Positions 7,268-8,321 of a stretch of DNA of 8,321 nucleotides are shown here, piece after piece. The DNA lies in contig JBJCIZ010001596.1 in assembly GCA_051294375.1 (NCBI GenBank), forward strand, positions 1 through 8,321, given 5' to 3'. The notes beneath the pieces were generated by a model. The model saw nothing but the letters and a program-made list of their open reading frames with translations. It was not told the origin of the DNA and did no database searches. A program made the translations under genes and the position numbers. Positions within the stretch are counted from its first letter, which is position 1. The number at the start of each line of letters is the position of its first letter. Origin of the DNA: Paraspadella gotoi. Its lineage: Eukaryota > Animalia > Chaetognatha.

Positions 7268-7517
7268 CGCCCCTGGTGGGAGCAGTTTTTTGCCTCCCCA
7301 AGGGCTTTACCCCCAGGGTCAAACTTTTTTTTGGCCCCAGGGGGCTAAGCATTTTAGGGGGCCCCTAATAGACTCAAAATGTTTTGCCCAGGGGGAACCC
7401 CCTGGCGGCTCCCTCCTGATGGCAATCCAGAGGGGGGCGCCCCCTCAATGACCATTTTGCTGCTCCCCTGAATAGTCCTGCCCCCTGGGACGCCCCTAGA
7501 GCCGCCCCGCGGGGCGG
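7268..7517. repeat. GC-rich palindrome cluster, probable non-autonomous DNA transposon fragment
   Basis: Abrupt GC island in AT-rich DNA with four short G/C-run inverted repeats; no paired TIR or TSD identified. Confidence 0.4.
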
Positions 7518-7545
7518 GAGGATTTGGAGATGACATATCTCTTAA

Positions 7546-7890
7546 ATAACACCAGAACGACTTTTTCTCTGTAAAAACATAAATTGAAAAACTTTAAAAA
7601 ATAACAGAAAACGTATTTTTCAATGTTAAAAAGAAATAAAAACTTAAAAAAAAAACGGACAAACGTTTTTTCCAATGTAAAAAGAGTTTTAAAAAACACC
7701 GATAAACGGACTTTTCTAAAGTAAAAGTAATAAAAACGTTAAATTACACCGCAGACGATATTTCCAAAGAGAACAACTTTAAAAAAACAAAGAGAAAAAC
7801 GCTTTTTTCCAATGTAAAAAGAGATAAAAAATTTCTAAAACCCCGGAAAACGATATGTTTCAATTAGAATAAAGAAATAAAAACGTTAAT
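7546..7890. repeat. Degenerate ~45-50 bp minisatellite array
   Basis: Recurring AAAACG-n-TTTTTCAATGTAAAAAGA-ATAAAAAC units starting near 7554, 7607, 7660, 7703, 7752, 7796 and 7847. Confidence 0.75.
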
Positions 7891-8062
7891 ACTTTTCTGC
7901 AAATTAACATCATCGAAGCGTTGTTAATTGGGTGTGAGGACAGTTTATTAAATATCTTTTTATCAAAACAAACAAATTTCCTCTCTTATTTTTTATGTCT
8001 CCTTCTCTCTTTCTCTTTTCTCTTTTAATTTGTCATGTAGCTTTCTCTCACTGTCTCAATAG

Positions 8063-8312
8063 ATAAAAACGTTAATACACCAGAAAACGACTTTTACTCT
8101 CGTTAAAAAGATATGAAAACTTTAAAAATAACAGAAAACGATTTTTCAATGTAAAAAGAACATAAGAAATTAAAAAAAAAACGGCAAACGTGTTTTTCCA
8201 ATGTGAAAAATGAGTAAAAAACCCGATAACGATCCTTTTTTCTAAAGTAAAAAGTAATAAAAACGTTAAATACGCCGGCAGACGATATTTTCCAAGAGAT
8301 TAACAACTTTAA
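8063..8312. repeat. Second block of the same minisatellite, direct copy of ~7546-7782
   Basis: Colinear unit variants, e.g. AATAACAGAAAACG, TTTTCTAAAGTAAAA, GTAATAAAAACGTTAAAT, GCAGACGATATTT, AACAACTTTAA. Confidence 0.8.
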
Positions 8313-8321
8313 TCTCTCTCT

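Noticed and set aside
7496-7517. Canonical Helitron 3' end (hairpin plus CTAG)
   Set aside because: The hairpin-CTAG spacing is too short and CTAG is not followed by the expected T.
6989-8306. Phe-rich and Gly/Pro-rich ORFs in the right flank
   Set aside because: Artefacts of A-rich tracts, the GC island and the minisatellite.
7546-8312. CRISPR array
   Set aside because: Degenerate tandem units without unique spacers, in a eukaryotic context.

Overview
Eukaryotic genomic DNA. Bases ~17-6426 are a young, coding-intact Ty3/Gypsy LTR retrotransposon on the minus strand, most similar in architecture to the CsRn1/Boudicca/Kabuki type. It has a Gag with a CX2HX9CX3C knuckle, a tRNA-Trp-like PBS, PR-RT-RNaseH-IN order and no env. 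gag (5634-4564) and pol (to 692) are joined by a -1 frameshift signal: G GGA AAC plus an H-type pseudoknot. The repeats at 17-364 and 6075-6426 differ only by three small A indels. The PBS lies 258 bp inside the right repeat, and that gap holds the poly(A) signals, so the true LTR is probably ~610 bp and the 3' LTR is truncated. Other oddities are an antisense tRNA-like Pol III A/B-box module in U3, a splice donor/acceptor pair that would excise the PBS, a DGG protease active site, a ~125-aa repetitive insert between RNase H and integrase, and a poly-Pro integrase tail. Bases 6427-8321 are AT-rich non-coding flank with a purine tract, a GC-palindrome cluster and a duplicated ~47-bp minisatellite block.
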